A stretch of DNA of 64,000 nucleotides, from positions 992,001-1,056,000 of the forward strand of contig OZ244960.1 of the NCBI GenBank assembly GCA_965222605.1, written 5' to 3'. The notes under the pieces were generated by a model. It saw only the letters and a list, made by a program, of their open reading frames with translations, had not been told where the DNA came from and searched no databases. Each line of letters starts with the position of its first letter. Position 1 is the first letter of the stretch. Positions 10,044-19,877 of this stretch are shown here, piece after piece. A program made the translations under genes and the position numbers. Source of the stretch: Candidatus Latescibacterota bacterium. Lineage in GTDB: Bacteria; Latescibacterota; UBA2968.

Positions 10044-11084
10044 ATGGACAGACGCAAACGCTTCTTCTCGCCTTATGACTCTGTTTTTGCATGGATGCGG
10101 GCGACAAAGTCCAAGCTGGCTTTTGATGGACAGACTGTGGATGATTGGCGTCTGTGGCGTCGAAAATTCCGCGCGCGATTAACAAAAAATCTGGGACCGA
10201 TGCCCGAGCGCGTACCACTTCGGGCAGAAGTGATACGCAGGGACGATATGGGGGATTACGTGCGCGAAAAGATTGCCTTTGATACAGAGCAATTTGCCAG
10301 TGTACCCGCATTTGTACTGGTGCCAAAGGGACTGAAGCCCGGCGAAAAACGTCCCGGGATTCTGGCGGCACACGGTCATGGGATAGGCAAAAATCCACTC
10401 GTGGGTTTGGACGAAGATGAAAAGCCACACGAGGATTATCAGAAGCAGTTGGGTGTCCAACTCGTGCGGCGGGGCTATGTGGTCATCGCGCCGGATTGGC
10501 GCGGATTTGGCGAGCGGATGAGTCCCGAGGATTGGGTCCGTCAAACCCGCGACAAGTGCAACGTAAATTACATGGCAGAAGGGTATCGCGGGTATCACTT
10601 TTTGGCATTGCAAATCTGGGATGGGTTTCGCACACTGGATTACTTACAGGCGCGCCGAGAAGTGGATGAGAAGCGGATTGGCTGTTTGGGCGTGTCATTT
10701 GGCGGCACAATGACGACCTATTTGACGGCTCTGGATCAGCGGATTAAATGCGCGTGTATCAGCGGGTATCTCAGCACATTGCGAGAAGGTGCGATGCCCG
10801 GAAGAGCAAATTTCTGCGGTGCACAATATATGCCTGGATTAATGGCGATCGGCGATATTCCCGATGTTGCGGGTTTGATCGCGCCTCGACCTCTGGTTGT
10901 GGAGATGGGCGAACGAGATCCGGGCTTTCAAATCGCAGATGCTGAACGGGCATTTCGTCATCTATCAAAAATCTATCGCGCGGCAGATGCACGTGATCGG
11001 TTGGTGAAGGACCGATTTGACGGGGTCCACGAATTTAGTGGCCGCAAGTGTTTGGATCTATTTGATAAATATTTGATGGGATAA
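10044..11084 (+). CDS. Alpha/beta hydrolase (dienelactone hydrolase/esterase-like)
   Basis: HGHG, GVSFGG nucleophile elbow, C-terminal GVHEF. Confidence 0.8.
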   Translation: MDRRKRFFSPYDSVFAWMRATKSKLAFDGQTVDDWRLWRRKFRARLTKNLGPMPERVPLRAEVIRRDDMGDYVREKIAFDTEQFASVPAFVLVPKGLKPGEKRPGILAAHGHGIGKNPLVGLDEDEKPHEDYQKQLGVQLVRRGYVVIAPDWRGFGERMSPEDWVRQTRDKCNVNYMAEGYRGYHFLALQIWDGFRTLDYLQARREVDEKRIGCLGVSFGGTMTTYLTALDQRIKCACISGYLSTLREGAMPGRANFCGAQYMPGLMAIGDIPDVAGLIAPRPLVVEMGERDPGFQIADAERAFRHLSKIYRAADARDRLVKDRFDGVHEFSGRKCLDLFDKYLMG

Positions 11085-11132
11085 GACGGCGTATCGCTGC
11101 TTTCTTCCCAATTGATTCACCTGGAGATCTTT

Positions 11133-12278
11133 ATGCCCAGAGAGCCAGAAGCATCGTGGGAAAATGGGATTCGCAGCGTGCGCCGCGATGAAATGGGGCG
11201 TTTGTGTCAGCTACTCGACAACGTATTTTTCGACGGGCTGTCAAATATGCAACCACACGCCTTCAATGACGATAATATGCACAATTTGCGCGTGGTCGTG
11301 GAAAACGGCGAAGTAGTATCGCACATCGGCACAATTCGGCGGAACATATCCATTATGGGATGCACACTCCGCGTAGCGTCTCTGGGAGGGGTGGCGACTT
11401 ACGAAGCCCATCGGGGCAAGGGCCATGCTACGGCACTCCTGCGAGATACCATGCGCCACTGCCGTAAAGATAGCGTAGATTATATCATGGTATCGGGCTA
11501 TCGCAACATGTACCACCGATATGGATGTCGATATGTGGGGCGAGACTGGATATTTCACATCGCACGTGAGCAAGCGGGCGATTTTGACGATACAGCCTGG
11601 ACGATAACACCAGCATCAAAAACGGATGTCGAAACGATTGGATCCATTTATCGGCGCGAACCCGTGCGCTGGTTGCGCCCGCCTTCGGACATCGCCTTTG
11701 GCATAGAGGGATGGGTGCAGAACCGCCCGGCAAAAACCTATCTGATCCATCGGGGTGATCAACCCGTTGCTTTTGGAGTCATGCAGCAAGCGAGCGAGCG
11801 AGATGCAGGGCAAGTATATTTGCTCGATTACGCAGGTGAGCGGTCTGCAATCGTCGGCGCATTGGGCAAGTTTATCGAAAAGTTGAATCGGCTATCATTG
11901 CACGTCAAGGGATTCGACACCGTATTGCGCGGCCTGCTTGAGGCGCGCGGTTTAACAGGTGAGCCTGCCAATCTACCCGGCACGACGATGATCATTCATT
12001 TCGAACAGTTGCTCGAAAAAATGCGTCCTTATTTTGTCGAGCGCGTCGGAGAACACGCCGCCCATGGGCTGGTATTTCGGGAAGACGGTGACGAATATCA
12101 CATCTATTACGGAGGCGACCGCGTAGTGGCTGAAAGCCGCGGTGCAGCGGCACAACTGATTTTTGGAACCCAGGAAGAAACTGAGAACGCGATGTTGGAT
12201 ACCGGCGGACGCGCCGGTGAAGTCTTGCGCGCCTGCCTGCCGATTCCGGGGGTTTGGTACGGAGTGAATCATCTTTGA
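11133..12278 (+). CDS. GNAT N-acetyltransferase, Eis-like
   Basis: LGGVATYEAHRGKGHA acetyl-CoA motif and MYHRYG; ATG at 11133 after GGAG. Confidence 0.8.
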   Translation: MPREPEASWENGIRSVRRDEMGRLCQLLDNVFFDGLSNMQPHAFNDDNMHNLRVVVENGEVVSHIGTIRRNISIMGCTLRVASLGGVATYEAHRGKGHATALLRDTMRHCRKDSVDYIMVSGYRNMYHRYGCRYVGRDWIFHIAREQAGDFDDTAWTITPASKTDVETIGSIYRREPVRWLRPPSDIAFGIEGWVQNRPAKTYLIHRGDQPVAFGVMQQASERDAGQVYLLDYAGERSAIVGALGKFIEKLNRLSLHVKGFDTVLRGLLEARGLTGEPANLPGTTMIIHFEQLLEKMRPYFVERVGEHAAHGLVFREDGDEYHIYYGGDRVVAESRGAAAQLIFGTQEETENAMLDTGGRAGEVLRACLPIPGVWYGVNHL

Positions 12279-12319
12279 GTAGCCCAATAGCTAATCCGCA
12301 TCTCAAACTCTATTTTATC

Positions 12320-12348
12320 TTGCTATCTTATATTGTGTGCCTTATAAT
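12320..12348 (+). promoter_or_regulatory. Sigma70-type promoter
   Basis: TTGCTA-17 bp-TATAAT. Confidence 0.65.
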
Positions 12349-12490
12349 TACGGGGTTTGCAATCTTTTGAATTAGGAATTAGTATTGTGCTTGGCCTTTT
12401 GCTGATAGAGACATGAACGGTGTTATCCCGCTTCATGTTCGCTCCAGTCGTCGTTTCTAATTTTTAATTTTCATTTGTAAGGATATTTTT

Positions 12491-12916
12491 ATGACAGCTC
12501 CAGATGGTGATTCCACAGACATACTTTATGAGCAAGTCCTCGATTATGCGCGTCGTGAAATTGAAGACGCACTGGCTATGATGGACGAATTGCGCCAATC
12601 GATTCGTCAGATAGAAGCCCGGGTCGAAGCCGCCAAATCGATTTATAACGCCGTTACCGCGAGATTGAACCTGGAAGATGAACTCGCCGAAGAAATACAA
12701 CTGGGAACCCTATCCAATCTACCGCCTGTTGAACCACTCAAAGTAGAGTCAGAACCGCCGCCACCATCCGAGCCTCCCGAACCGGCAGAACCCGTGGCGC
12801 ACGATGAGGCCAAAGTGGGGCCAGAATCTCCATCTGAACAAGCAGATGATGATCCAGTGCTCTCTGAAGCCGAGCGTGCGCTGATCAGTGAGCATCTGCG
12901 ATCAAAGCGCAAATGA
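12491..12916 (+). CDS. Hypothetical protein: N-terminal coiled coil, Pro/Glu-rich linker, short C-terminal helix
   Basis: 141-aa ORF with AAGGA RBS, its own promoter and a downstream hairpin. Confidence 0.7.
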   Translation: MTAPDGDSTDILYEQVLDYARREIEDALAMMDELRQSIRQIEARVEAAKSIYNAVTARLNLEDELAEEIQLGTLSNLPPVEPLKVESEPPPPSEPPEPAEPVAHDEAKVGPESPSEQADDDPVLSEAERALISEHLRSKRK

Positions 12917-12944
12917 TAAGTACCCATATACCTATCATTTCAAC

Positions 12945-12990
12945 AGAACAGGGCTTCGCATCTTGCAGAACTCCCTGTTCTTTGTATTTT
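12945..12990 (+). terminator. Putative intrinsic terminator
   Basis: agaacaggg...ccctgttct stem followed by ttgtatttt. Confidence 0.5.
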
Positions 12991-13038
12991 AGGGGATGGC
13001 TTTTAGAAAATGCAAACACGCCAATCGAAGGAATTTTT

Positions 13039-14481
13039 ATGAGCATGTGTGACACGGAGAAATCCGTTGACGAGATGGACGCCCGAGAACGGGCACGCTA
13101 TATTGACGACCTGACGCCCAGGGGTGGTTTATATACCGAAGTACAGCGCGAAGTACATCCGCAGTCGAACAGTTCGTGGCGCGTATCGCCCGACCCGTGG
13201 TGGCTGCCGCCCCCGGTCCTATCACACCTTGAGGCATTGGGGCAACATCTCTATCAGTTTTACAAAGCACTGAATCTATTGTATTCGCAAAGTATAAGAG
13301 GTATTCAACCCACATGGGTCGCGCGGTATCTGGATCAGGGCAAATCGGAAGAAGTGATCAAATTTGGGCAAATGAGCAGATTCAAAAGCCATGTGCCCCT
13401 CGTGATTCGGCCCGATGTGATACCCACGCGGGCGGGAATGATTGCGACAGAATTGGATTCCGTACCCGGTGGAATTGGATTTACGGCAAGCCTGGCCGAG
13501 CGATATGCCAAACTCGGCGATCAAATTGTGGGCGGCGCAAATGGGATGGTCACTGGATTTGCACAGATGATCCGCGGCGTTGCCGGCACAGACGCGCCTG
13601 TTTTGGGCGTGGTGGTCTCGGAAGAAGCATCGGCTTATCGCCCCGAAATGGCGTACTTGGGCGACCGGCTGAATGCCGCTGGTCTGGAAACTTATGTCAT
13701 TGGACCAGAAGAACTGTCTTTTGTCGAAGATGGACTATTTGTCGATGGCGCACATGGTCGCCGACGCATAGACGTGATATACAGATTTTTTGAATTATTC
13801 GATTTGCGGAACCTGCCCCAAATCGATTTAATTTTATACGCGGTACGCAAAGGACTCGTCAAGCTCACGCCCCCCTTAAAGGCGTATCACGAAGAAAAGA
13901 TGATGATGGCACTATTTCACCATCCCTTGCTATCGGATTTCTGGCATCAACACCTGGGCAAAAAATCCGTGGCCTTTTTGCAGCAAACCTTTCCCAAAAC
14001 GTGGATCTTAGACCCCGCGCCTTTGCCTCCCCATGGCGTTATTGCGGGATTGGAAATCGCCGGTCAATCCTTTTCCGATTGGCATGCGCTGGGGCACCTG
14101 GGGCAAAAACACCGGCAACTGGTCATCAAGCCCTCGGGATATTCTGAAATGGCCTGGGGCAGTCGCGGCGTGGCCATTGGGCACGACATGGCCGAACAAG
14201 ATTGGCAAGGCGTGATTGACGAATCACTACGCGCTTTTGAGCAAACGCCCCACATCATGCAGGAATTTCACAACGGCGCGACTTTTTCTGTGTCGTATTA
14301 CGATTACGAAACCGATCAAATCGAAACATTCAGAGGTCGGGTGCGATTGCAGCCCTATTATTTTGTCATTAAAGACAAAGCAGTACTTTCGGGCTTACAG
14401 GCGACGGTCTGTCCCGCAGACAAAAAAATATTACACGGAATGGTCGATGCAGTGGTGGTACCTGGCGCGGTTAAAAAGTGA
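13039..14481 (+). CDS. Circularly permuted ATP-grasp / glutathionylspermidine-synthase-like amide ligase
   Basis: IRPD...ELDSVPGG, VIYRFFE, VIKPSG...WGSRGVAIG and IMQEF motifs; ATG at 13039 after GAAGGA. Confidence 0.6.
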   Translation: MSMCDTEKSVDEMDARERARYIDDLTPRGGLYTEVQREVHPQSNSSWRVSPDPWWLPPPVLSHLEALGQHLYQFYKALNLLYSQSIRGIQPTWVARYLDQGKSEEVIKFGQMSRFKSHVPLVIRPDVIPTRAGMIATELDSVPGGIGFTASLAERYAKLGDQIVGGANGMVTGFAQMIRGVAGTDAPVLGVVVSEEASAYRPEMAYLGDRLNAAGLETYVIGPEELSFVEDGLFVDGAHGRRRIDVIYRFFELFDLRNLPQIDLILYAVRKGLVKLTPPLKAYHEEKMMMALFHHPLLSDFWHQHLGKKSVAFLQQTFPKTWILDPAPLPPHGVIAGLEIAGQSFSDWHALGHLGQKHRQLVIKPSGYSEMAWGSRGVAIGHDMAEQDWQGVIDESLRAFEQTPHIMQEFHNGATFSVSYYDYETDQIETFRGRVRLQPYYFVIKDKAVLSGLQATVCPADKKILHGMVDAVVVPGAVKK

Positions 14482-14496
14482 GCGAGGATAAAAAAC

Positions 14497-15327
14497 ATGA
14501 CACTTGATGAAAAACTCTCACAGCTAAATGCTTTGCTCAAAGAAATGAGCAGTGTGGTTGTGGCATTTTCGGGCGGGGTTGATAGCGCGTTTTTGGCCAC
14601 AGCAGCTCATCGGGTTCTGGGGGACCACGCGCTGGCAGTAACTGCGGTCTCCGCGAGTTATGCTTCTGGCGAACTCGAAAAAGCGCAAGCACTGGCCGAG
14701 CAAATTGGCATTCAACTCGATGTCGTCTATACAAAAGAAATGGAAAATCCCGATTACGTAAAAAACGATCCCGATCGGTGTTTTCACTGCAAAAGCGCGT
14801 TGGCCGACAAGCTGGACGAGGTAATCAAACACTATTCAGGACAGTTCGAGTATTTACTTTACGGCGCAATAGCCGACGATGTTGGCGACTATCGCCCGGG
14901 TATGGCTGCCGCCGAATCTCGAGGTATTCGCGCACCGATGGTCGAATTGGGATTCACCAAAGACGACGTCAGAACATTATCAAAGCGATGGCACCTGCCC
15001 ACCTGGGATATGCCTGCATCGGCGTGTTTGTCTTCTCGAATACCCTATGGCACAGCCGTCACAGAGGAAGCATTGCATAAAATTGATCGCGCCGAACAAT
15101 TTTTGAAAGCGCGTGGATTTGCGCAAGTGCGCGTTCGGCATCACGAAGACATTGCCCGAATTGAAGTTCCACCTGAAGATCTGACGCGGTTTTTTCAGGA
15201 TGGTGAAAACGAGGCAGTGGCTCAGGCACTCAAAAATATCGGGTATCGCTATGTCACCCTGGACCTTCAGGGATATCGCACGGGCAGCTTAAATGAAGCG
15301 TTATTAAAAATAGAGACGAAGGACTAA
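14497..15327 (+). CDS. larE: ATP-dependent sulfur transferase LarE
   Basis: SGGVDS PP-loop, RCFHCK, DYRPG, ACLSSRIPYG, RVRHH and GYRTGSLN motifs. Confidence 0.9.
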   Translation: MTLDEKLSQLNALLKEMSSVVVAFSGGVDSAFLATAAHRVLGDHALAVTAVSASYASGELEKAQALAEQIGIQLDVVYTKEMENPDYVKNDPDRCFHCKSALADKLDEVIKHYSGQFEYLLYGAIADDVGDYRPGMAAAESRGIRAPMVELGFTKDDVRTLSKRWHLPTWDMPASACLSSRIPYGTAVTEEALHKIDRAEQFLKARGFAQVRVRHHEDIARIEVPPEDLTRFFQDGENEAVAQALKNIGYRYVTLDLQGYRTGSLNEALLKIETKD

Positions 15328-15337
15328 ACTGATAAAT

Positions 15338-15874
15338 ATGGCCTTACTCGAAATAAAAAAATTCGGTTGTCCAACGCTCAGAAAAAAAGCAACGCCCGTT
15401 CAAGATGTAACCGATGAAGTGCGGCAACTTGTTGAGGACATGTTCGAAACAATGTATGAGGCAGAAGGCGTTGGCCTTGCAGCGCAGCAGGTGGGCTTTA
15501 CAGAGCGACTTCTGGTACTGGATGTGCGCCCGCGCGATCCCATGTCGGAACCTCTGGCATTTATCAACCCGGAAATTTTATGGGCAGAGGGTGAATGTGT
15601 TGGCGAAGAAGGTTGTTTGAGCCTGACGGAAATTGTTGGAGATGTCAAACGCCCGGCACAGGTGCGGGTGCGCGCGCTCAATGAGAATGAAAGTGTATTT
15701 GAGATGACGCTGGATGGCATTGCCGCCAAAGCACTTCAGCACGAAATTGATCACCTGGATGGCGTGCTCATCCTCGAACATTTCAATGCGATCAAGCGCA
15801 ATTTGTTGCGCGGTCAATTGCGCAAACTACAGCGCGAAGGCAAAAAACAGGCACCGGGATTGGCATACGTATAG
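15338..15874 (+). CDS. def: Peptide deformylase
   Basis: GVGLAA, EGCLS and QHEIDHLDG motifs. Confidence 0.95.
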   Translation: MALLEIKKFGCPTLRKKATPVQDVTDEVRQLVEDMFETMYEAEGVGLAAQQVGFTERLLVLDVRPRDPMSEPLAFINPEILWAEGECVGEEGCLSLTEIVGDVKRPAQVRVRALNENESVFEMTLDGIAAKALQHEIDHLDGVLILEHFNAIKRNLLRGQLRKLQREGKKQAPGLAYV

Positions 15875-15894
15875 CCCTGACCACTGACTTTCCT

Positions 15895-16728
15895 ATGGCA
15901 TCTTATATTGATTTGCACCTGCATTCGACGCAATCGGATGGCTCTTTCTCTCCAACACAGGTTGTTCAGCGAGCGGCCAAATTGGGATTATCGGCCATCA
16001 GCCTGACGGATCACGATTCGGTTGCTGGCGTGCAAGAGGCTCAGAATATCGGTCGGGATATCGGTGTAGAAGTAATTCCCGGCACCGAGTTGAGTGCGCA
16101 TGAAGCCGACATAGACCTCCACATTTTGGGCTATTTTATCGACCCTGCAAATTCGGATTTGCTGGCGTATCTGCAGAAATTTCAAGATGCGCGGCGCAAT
16201 CGCGCTAAAAAAATAGTGGCCCGACTCAATCGCCTGGGGGTGCGGATCACGATGGCACATGTGTTACACAAAGCAGGCGATGCTGCTATCGGACGTCCCC
16301 ATGTAGCGGACGTGCTGGTCGAAGAGGGATTTGTCTTTTCTCACGATCATGCATTCCAAAAATATCTGGGATATGGCAAACCAGCGTACCAGCCCAAATT
16401 TGTATTGACGCCGCGCGAAGCGGTAGAAATAATTCACGCGGCGGGAGGGTTGGCCAGTCTGGCACATCCCGTTTTGTACCGCCGCGACGCTCTGATTCCC
16501 GACCTGATCAAACAGGGATTAGACGGTATAGAAGTGATGCATGTCAAACACAACCGCGCGGATGTGCGTCGCTATTCGGATATGGCAAAACACTATGGCT
16601 TGCTCACAACGGGCGGATCAGATTGCCACGGCGATGGTCGCGGTCAAGCCGTGATGGGAACAGTTCAGGTCCCTTCAACATTTTTGGATGCGATGAAAAA
16701 AAGTGTAGGTGCCCATCCATTGTTGTAG
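15895..16728 (+). CDS. PHP-domain phosphoesterase (TrpH/YciV-like)
   Basis: DLHLHS..SDG, TDHD, HILGY, GRPH, LAHP and GGSDCHG motifs. Confidence 0.9.
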   Translation: MASYIDLHLHSTQSDGSFSPTQVVQRAAKLGLSAISLTDHDSVAGVQEAQNIGRDIGVEVIPGTELSAHEADIDLHILGYFIDPANSDLLAYLQKFQDARRNRAKKIVARLNRLGVRITMAHVLHKAGDAAIGRPHVADVLVEEGFVFSHDHAFQKYLGYGKPAYQPKFVLTPREAVEIIHAAGGLASLAHPVLYRRDALIPDLIKQGLDGIEVMHVKHNRADVRRYSDMAKHYGLLTTGGSDCHGDGRGQAVMGTVQVPSTFLDAMKKSVGAHPLL

Positions 16729-16755
16729 AAGTTCACTCCCTCAATATTTTTCGAT

Positions 16756-17730
16756 ATGAATGACATCCCATTCCTGGACAGAGACCGGGCAGATCAGTAT
16801 TTTTTAAATACCCTCGAAGTACTTAAAGCCGAAAACCGCAATCCGTCGGTAGTTATGGAGGTATTTCCCAATGCCGATGGCCTCTTGTGCGGCATCCGCG
16901 AGGTCCTGGAAATTTTGCGTCAGACATTGCCCAAAGATGCAGAGATTTGGTCGCTGGATGAAGGATCACCAATGGCGCGCAAAGAAGTGGTATTGCGCCT
17001 TCACGCAGATTATTGCGCTATCGGAATTTTTGAAACGGCATTGCTGGGCACGCTCGCGCATGGCAGCGGTTGGGCCACTGCGGCGCGCGCCTGTGTGGAG
17101 GCCGCGGGTGAAATTCCCGTGATCAGTTTTGGCGCGCGGCATGTCCATCCCGCCATATCAGACCGCATGGAATACGCCGCATTGATCGGAGGATGTGCCG
17201 GCTGTGCAACACCGGCAGGTGCCGCCCTATCCGATCAAAAAGCATCGGGTACAATGCCACACGCTTTGATGTTGATTTACGGCGATACAGTAGCCGCTGC
17301 CCGAGCTTTTGATACCCACATGCCCGATTCCGTGCGACGTATTGTACTGGTGGATACATTTCGAGACGAAGCCGAAGAAAGCGTACGCGTCGCACATGCA
17401 ATGGCCGGGCGGTTGTGGGGAGTCCGCCTGGATACACCCTCGGAATTGGGTGGGGTCACACCCGATCTGGTCTGGCGCGTACGCAGAGCATTGGATAGCG
17501 CGGGCTTTGACTATGTCGGTATTTTTGTAAGCGGTGGATTAACGCCCGAGCGGATTTCAGAATTTGTGCGGTTGAAGTGTCCAATTGCCGGTTTTGGTGT
17601 GGGCAGCGCGATCAGCGGCGCATCGCCAATTGATTTTACGGCAGATATTAAGCAAATCGATGGCAATCCTATCGCCAAACGCGGTCGCAAAGTGGGTATC
17701 CAGGACAACCCGAGACTTAAAAAAAATTAA
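16756..17730 (+). CDS. pncB: Nicotinate phosphoribosyltransferase (short type)
   Basis: SFGARH, GTMPHA, LVDTF, VRLDTP, VSGG and FGVG motifs. Confidence 0.85.
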   Translation: MNDIPFLDRDRADQYFLNTLEVLKAENRNPSVVMEVFPNADGLLCGIREVLEILRQTLPKDAEIWSLDEGSPMARKEVVLRLHADYCAIGIFETALLGTLAHGSGWATAARACVEAAGEIPVISFGARHVHPAISDRMEYAALIGGCAGCATPAGAALSDQKASGTMPHALMLIYGDTVAAARAFDTHMPDSVRRIVLVDTFRDEAEESVRVAHAMAGRLWGVRLDTPSELGGVTPDLVWRVRRALDSAGFDYVGIFVSGGLTPERISEFVRLKCPIAGFGVGSAISGASPIDFTADIKQIDGNPIAKRGRKVGIQDNPRLKKN

Positions 17731-17755
17731 AAAATCGTCTCTTGTGGAGTGAAAA

Positions 17756-18001
17756 TTGAATATCAAAGTACTTTTTTTTGCATCTTGTCGCGATTTGATT
17801 GGCACCGGTGAGCGAAAAATGACACTGTCAGATGGCACGACAGTAACTGATTTGATATCAAAGCTCGCATCGGAACAGGCGCGATTTACAGACATGGCAC
17901 CGAGTTTGATGGTATCAGTCAATCAGGCGTATGTGGAACGGGATGCGGAACTTCAAGATGGCGATGAGGTGGCATTTATCCCGCCTGTGAGTGGTGGGTA
18001 G
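17756..18001 (+). CDS. moaD: Molybdopterin synthase sulfur carrier subunit
   Basis: VLFFA start and C-terminal IPPVSGG. Confidence 0.9.
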   Translation: MNIKVLFFASCRDLIGTGERKMTLSDGTTVTDLISKLASEQARFTDMAPSLMVSVNQAYVERDAELQDGDEVAFIPPVSGG

Positions 18002-18033
18002 GGGCCTACCCATTTGTCTTTAGAGGAATTATT

Positions 18034-18477
18034 ATGGCTGACGATGTGTATAAAATCCAGGACAAAGAGATAAAACCAGATGCGTTATACAATGCGGTAC
18101 TGGCAGATTCGGACGGCGCTGTGACCACATTTGCGGGCGTGGTGCGAGACAATACAAAAGGGCGCGGAACCTCTTACCTGGTCTATGATGCGTATATAGA
18201 CATGGCCAAAAAAAAAATGCGTGAAATTGGAGATGAGGTAAAAGAGAAGTGGGAGGTAGATTGCGTGGGAATATTGCACCGCATAGGCCGGTTGGAAATT
18301 GGGGAAATCAGCGTGCTAATCGCGATTTCTTCTCCACATCGCAAAGCGTCTTTGGAAGCGTGTCACTACGCGATTGATCGGTTAAAACAGACCGTACCAA
18401 TCTGGAAAAAAGAAGTGTGGACAGACGGGGGTGAAGCCTGGATCGAGGGCGACCCATCTGCCCTGGCCTCGCGCTGA
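18034..18477 (+). CDS. moaE: Molybdopterin synthase catalytic subunit
   Basis: GAVTTFAGVVR, HRIG, SPHR and PIWKKE motifs. Confidence 0.95.
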   Translation: MADDVYKIQDKEIKPDALYNAVLADSDGAVTTFAGVVRDNTKGRGTSYLVYDAYIDMAKKKMREIGDEVKEKWEVDCVGILHRIGRLEIGEISVLIAISSPHRKASLEACHYAIDRLKQTVPIWKKEVWTDGGEAWIEGDPSALASR

Positions 18478-18494
18478 GGAAAGGAGTTTGTTCC

Positions 18495-19856
18495 GTGGAC
18501 CAAATCACAGTGAAGAATTTCCGATGTTTCAGGGAAAAACAAACCGTCCGCCTGGCACCACTGACCTTGCTCGTGGGCGAGAACAGCACGGGTAAGACTT
18601 CTTTTTTAGCCTTGATTCGGGCACTGTGGGATGTCGCTTATTGGCAGCGCGTCCCGGATTTCAAGGAAGAACCTTATGACCTCGGCAGTTTCGACGAAAT
18701 CGCCCACTACCGAGGCGCAAGAGGTGGGAGATCAAATACCTTTGAGGCCGGGTTTGAGAATAGCCCTCATCGCTTTGAGGTGACTTTCGCGCGAAGTGGA
18801 ACCGTGCCGATTCCTGTGAGAAGACACATTGCCGACAAGGATGTCTGGATCGAGGACCGCCCTGAAAAAGACCGGGCTTGGCAGCTCAGATTCGGGACGC
18901 CAAAGGGTGCATGGCAGTGCCAGTTTTCCACTTACCCCAGTCCTCGTTTGGATGCAGATCAGGACAAACTGCCCCCTTTTTTCTTTATTATGAGCATTCT
19001 ACAGCATGAGGTTAAAGGCCAAGAAAGCAGCTTGTTAACCGCATTAAAAGGGCCCGAGTCGCCTACCGATAAGGATTGGGAACAGATAGAAAAACTTGTT
19101 AGTACCCATGAAATAAGAGCCTTTAGCTATCACGAAAAGCGACCCTATTCCAGCGCACCTGTCCGCTCCAAACCGCGCCGGACCTATGACCCTGCGCGTC
19201 CAACACGAGATCCCGAAGGCGATTACATCCCTATGTATCTCGCCAATGCGTATTTCCAAGATAAAAGACAATGGCACGCCCTTAAAGACGCACTCGAAAA
19301 GTTTGGGAAAGCGTCCGGTCTTTTCGATGAGATCTCGGTCAAGCCGCTGGGGAAGAAAGACAGTGAACCTTTTCAGGTACAGATCAGGAAATTTGGAAAA
19401 CGAGCCAAGGGGCCACAGCGCAACCTGATTGATGTCGGCTACGGCGTCAGCCAGGTGTTACCTGTTATAACCGAATTGCTGCGCAGAGACGAGCGAAGGG
19501 ATGAAGAGACGAAATCATTACGGCCCATATTTTTGTTACAGCAACCAGAGGTGCATCTCCACCCCAGTGCCCAGGCTGCTTTGGGAAGTTTGTTTTGCCA
19601 GATCGCTGGATCAGACCGCCAGTTGGTGGTTGAAACGCACAGCGACCACTTGCTCAACAGAGTGCGTATGGATGTCCGCGACAGTACGACAAACTTAAGA
19701 CCCGAGGATGTTTCCATTCTATTCTTTGAGCGCGGCGACCTTGATGTTCGCATTCACTCGCTGAGAATTGATGGAGAGGGAAATATCGTTGGCGCGCCCA
19801 GGGTTTACCGAAAATTCTTTATGGAAGAGACAGCGAGGTCTCTTTGGAAAAGATAG
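18495..19856 (+). CDS. ABC/AAA_21-type ATPase with DUF3696-like C-terminus
   Basis: VKNFRCF, Walker A GENSTGKT, DVGYGVSQVLP, QQPEVHLHP, VETHSDH and IDGEGNI motifs. Confidence 0.8.
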   Translation: MDQITVKNFRCFREKQTVRLAPLTLLVGENSTGKTSFLALIRALWDVAYWQRVPDFKEEPYDLGSFDEIAHYRGARGGRSNTFEAGFENSPHRFEVTFARSGTVPIPVRRHIADKDVWIEDRPEKDRAWQLRFGTPKGAWQCQFSTYPSPRLDADQDKLPPFFFIMSILQHEVKGQESSLLTALKGPESPTDKDWEQIEKLVSTHEIRAFSYHEKRPYSSAPVRSKPRRTYDPARPTRDPEGDYIPMYLANAYFQDKRQWHALKDALEKFGKASGLFDEISVKPLGKKDSEPFQVQIRKFGKRAKGPQRNLIDVGYGVSQVLPVITELLRRDERRDEETKSLRPIFLLQQPEVHLHPSAQAALGSLFCQIAGSDRQLVVETHSDHLLNRVRMDVRDSTTNLRPEDVSILFFERGDLDVRIHSLRIDGEGNIVGAPRVYRKFFMEETARSLWKR

Positions 19857-19877
19857 GGGCTTTTAGGGGACTGAGGA

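Noticed and set aside
12913-13038. Coupled start of the ATP-grasp ORF at 12913
   Set aside because: The segment contains a terminator-like hairpin, and a better RBS-ATG lies at 13039.
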